Positions 61,967-64,000 of a DNA stretch of 64,000 nucleotides are shown piece by piece. Below the pieces are notes generated by a model. It searched no databases. It had not been told where the DNA came from and was given only the letters and a program-made list of their open reading frames with translations. Each line of letters starts with the position of its first letter. Positions within the stretch are counted from its first letter, which is position 1. Position numbers and translations under genes: made by a program. Source of the DNA: Scyliorhinus canicula (lineage: Eukaryota); assembly GCF_902713615.1 (NCBI RefSeq), contig NC_052167.1:16217983-16281982 (forward strand). Direction: 5' to 3'.

Positions 61967-64000
61967 AACGATATAGGTAAAAAAACGGGATGAGGTCCTA
62001 CAATCAGAATTTAGGGAGTTAGGAGATAAGTTAAAAAGTAGGACCTCAAAGGTCGTAATCTCAGGATTGCTACCAGTGCCACGCGACAGTCAGAGTAGAA
62101 ATTCAAGAATAGTCGGAATGAATACGTGGCTTGAGAGATGGTGCAGGAGGGAGGGGTTCAGATTTTTTGGACATTGGAACCGGTTCTGGGGGAGGTGGGA
62201 CCATTGCAAATCGGATGGTCTACATCTGGGCAGGACGGGAACCAATGTCCTAGGGAGTGCTTTTGCTAACACTGTTGGGGAGGTTTTAAACTAATGTAGC
62301 AGGGGGATTGGAACCAGATTAGGAAGTTAGAGGTCAGTAACGAGGCAGCAACTAAAGCCAGTAAATAAAGTACTAGATAATAAACTCAATGTGACTAAGG
62401 GGAAGAGTAGACAAGGAAGAGATGATGAATGCAAAGGGACAGGTGGTCTGAGGTGCATTTGTTTTAATGCGAGAAGTGTAGCAGGTAAGGCAGATGAACT
62501 TAGGGCTTGGATTAGTACCTGGGAATATGATATTGGTATTACTGAGACTTGGTTGAGGGAAGGGCAAGACTGGCAACTAAATATCCCAGGGTATAGATGC
62601 TTCAGGAGGGATTGAGGGAGGTAAAAGGGGTGGAGGAGTTGCATTACTGGTCAGAGATGATATCACAGCTGTGATTAAGAGGGCACGGTGGAGGATTCGA
62701 GCACTGAGGCAATATGGGTAGAGTTAAGACATAGGAAGGCTGCAGTAACATTGTTGGGAGTTTACTACAGGCCTCCCAAAAGTGAGCGTGAAGTAGAGGT
62801 ACAAATATGTAGACAGATTATAGAAAAATGTAGGAGCAATAGGGTGGTTGTGATGGGAGATTTTAACTTCCCCACCATTGAATGGGACTCGTGTAGTGTT
62901 GGAGGCGTAGATGGAGCAGAATTTGTAAGGAGCATCCAGGAGAGTTTTTTTTAGAGCAGTATATAGTCCAACTCGGGAAGGGGCCATACTGGACCTGGTA
63001 TTGGGGAATGATCCCGGCCAGGTGGTTGAAGTTTCAGTCGGTGATTACTTTGGGAATAGCGATCACAATTCCGTAAGTTTTAGAATACTCATGGACAAAG
63101 ACGAGAGTGGTCCTAAAGGAAGAGTGCTAAATTGGGGAAAGGCCAAGTATAACAAAATTCGGCAGGAGCTAGGGAATGTGGATTGGGAGCAGCTGTTTAA
63201 GGGTAAATCCACATTTGAAATGTGGGAGTCTTTTAAGGAAAGGTTGATTAGAGTGCAGGACAGACATGTCCCTGTGAAAATGAGGGATAGAAATGGCAAG
63301 ATTAGGGAACAATGGATGACGGATGGAATTGTGAGACTAGCTAAGATGAAAAAGGAAGCATACATAAGATCGAGGCGACTTAAAACTGATGAAGCTTTGG
63401 AGGAATATCGGGAAAGTAGGACAAATCTCAAACGTGCAATAAAGAGAGCTAAAAGCGGTCATGAAATATCTTTGGCTAACAAGGTTAAGGAAAATCCCAA
63501 AGCCTTTTATTCATATATAAGGAGCAAGAGGGTAACTAGAGAAAGGATTGGCCCACTCAAAAACAAAAGAGGGAATTTATGCGTGGAGTTAGAGGAAATG
63601 GGTGAGATTCTTAGTGAGTACTTTGCATCGGTATTCACCAAGGAGAGGGACATAACGGATGTTGAGGCTAGGGATGGATGTTTAAATACTCTAGGTCACG
63701 TCGGCATAAGGAAGGGGAAAGTTTTGGGTATTCTAAAAGGCGTTAAGGTGGACAAGTCCCCAGGTCCAGATGGGATCTATCCCAGGTTACTGAGGGAAGC
63801 GAGGGACAAAATAGCTGGGGCCTTAACAGATATCTTTGCAGCAACCTTGAGCACGGGTGAGGTCCCGGAGGACTGGAGAATTGCTAATGGTGTCCCTTTG
63901 TTTAAGAAGTGTAGCAGGGATAATCCAGGAAATTATAGACATGTGAGCTTGACGTCAGTGGTAGGCAAACTGTTGGAGAAGATACAGAGGGATAGGATCT
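61964..64000 (+). mobile_element. CR1 LINE 5' portion (end of esterase ORF1, APE endonuclease, start of RT), runs off the window
   Basis: TNDIG, DGLHL, FNARS, GITETWL, GVYYRPP, MGDFNFP, SDHN, KSPGPDGIYP with frameshifts. Confidence 0.93.

Overview
Vertebrate genomic DNA, most likely a shark (elasmobranch). This is inferred from HE1-like V-SINEs with CR1-type tails and the CR1/L1/Penelope/Harbinger repeat set. The window holds part of the conserved DUSP13-SAMD8 locus. On the minus strand are two three-exon atypical dual-specificity phosphatase genes. One is an intact DUSP13A/MDSP-like gene (exons 38214-38045, 33624-33407, 26844-26645; 195 aa; P-loop HCTFGYSRS). The other is a tandem paralog (16291-16141, 13329-13112, 9727-9495) disabled by a 19-nt frameshift and an in-frame TAA, though it keeps an open catalytic core. 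A probable non-coding first exon of a third minus-strand gene lies at ~8070-7846. The first coding exon of SAMD8 (SMSr) is on the plus strand at 57284-57859. The rest is mostly repeats: a near full-length L1/Tx1-like LINE, several CR1 LINEs (one with an inverted 5' part), three solo LTRs with TSDs, a Harbinger transposase fossil, Harbinger-type MITEs, Penelope-type repeats with hammerhead-like motifs, many tRNA-derived SINEs, a 15-bp minisatellite and a 100-N gap. I found no clearly new biological system. The best leads are the disabled-but-core-intact DUSP paralog, the decoy splice acceptor, the intronic hammerhead motifs and the inverted CR1. Gene names come from recalled protein motifs and synteny, not from database searches.
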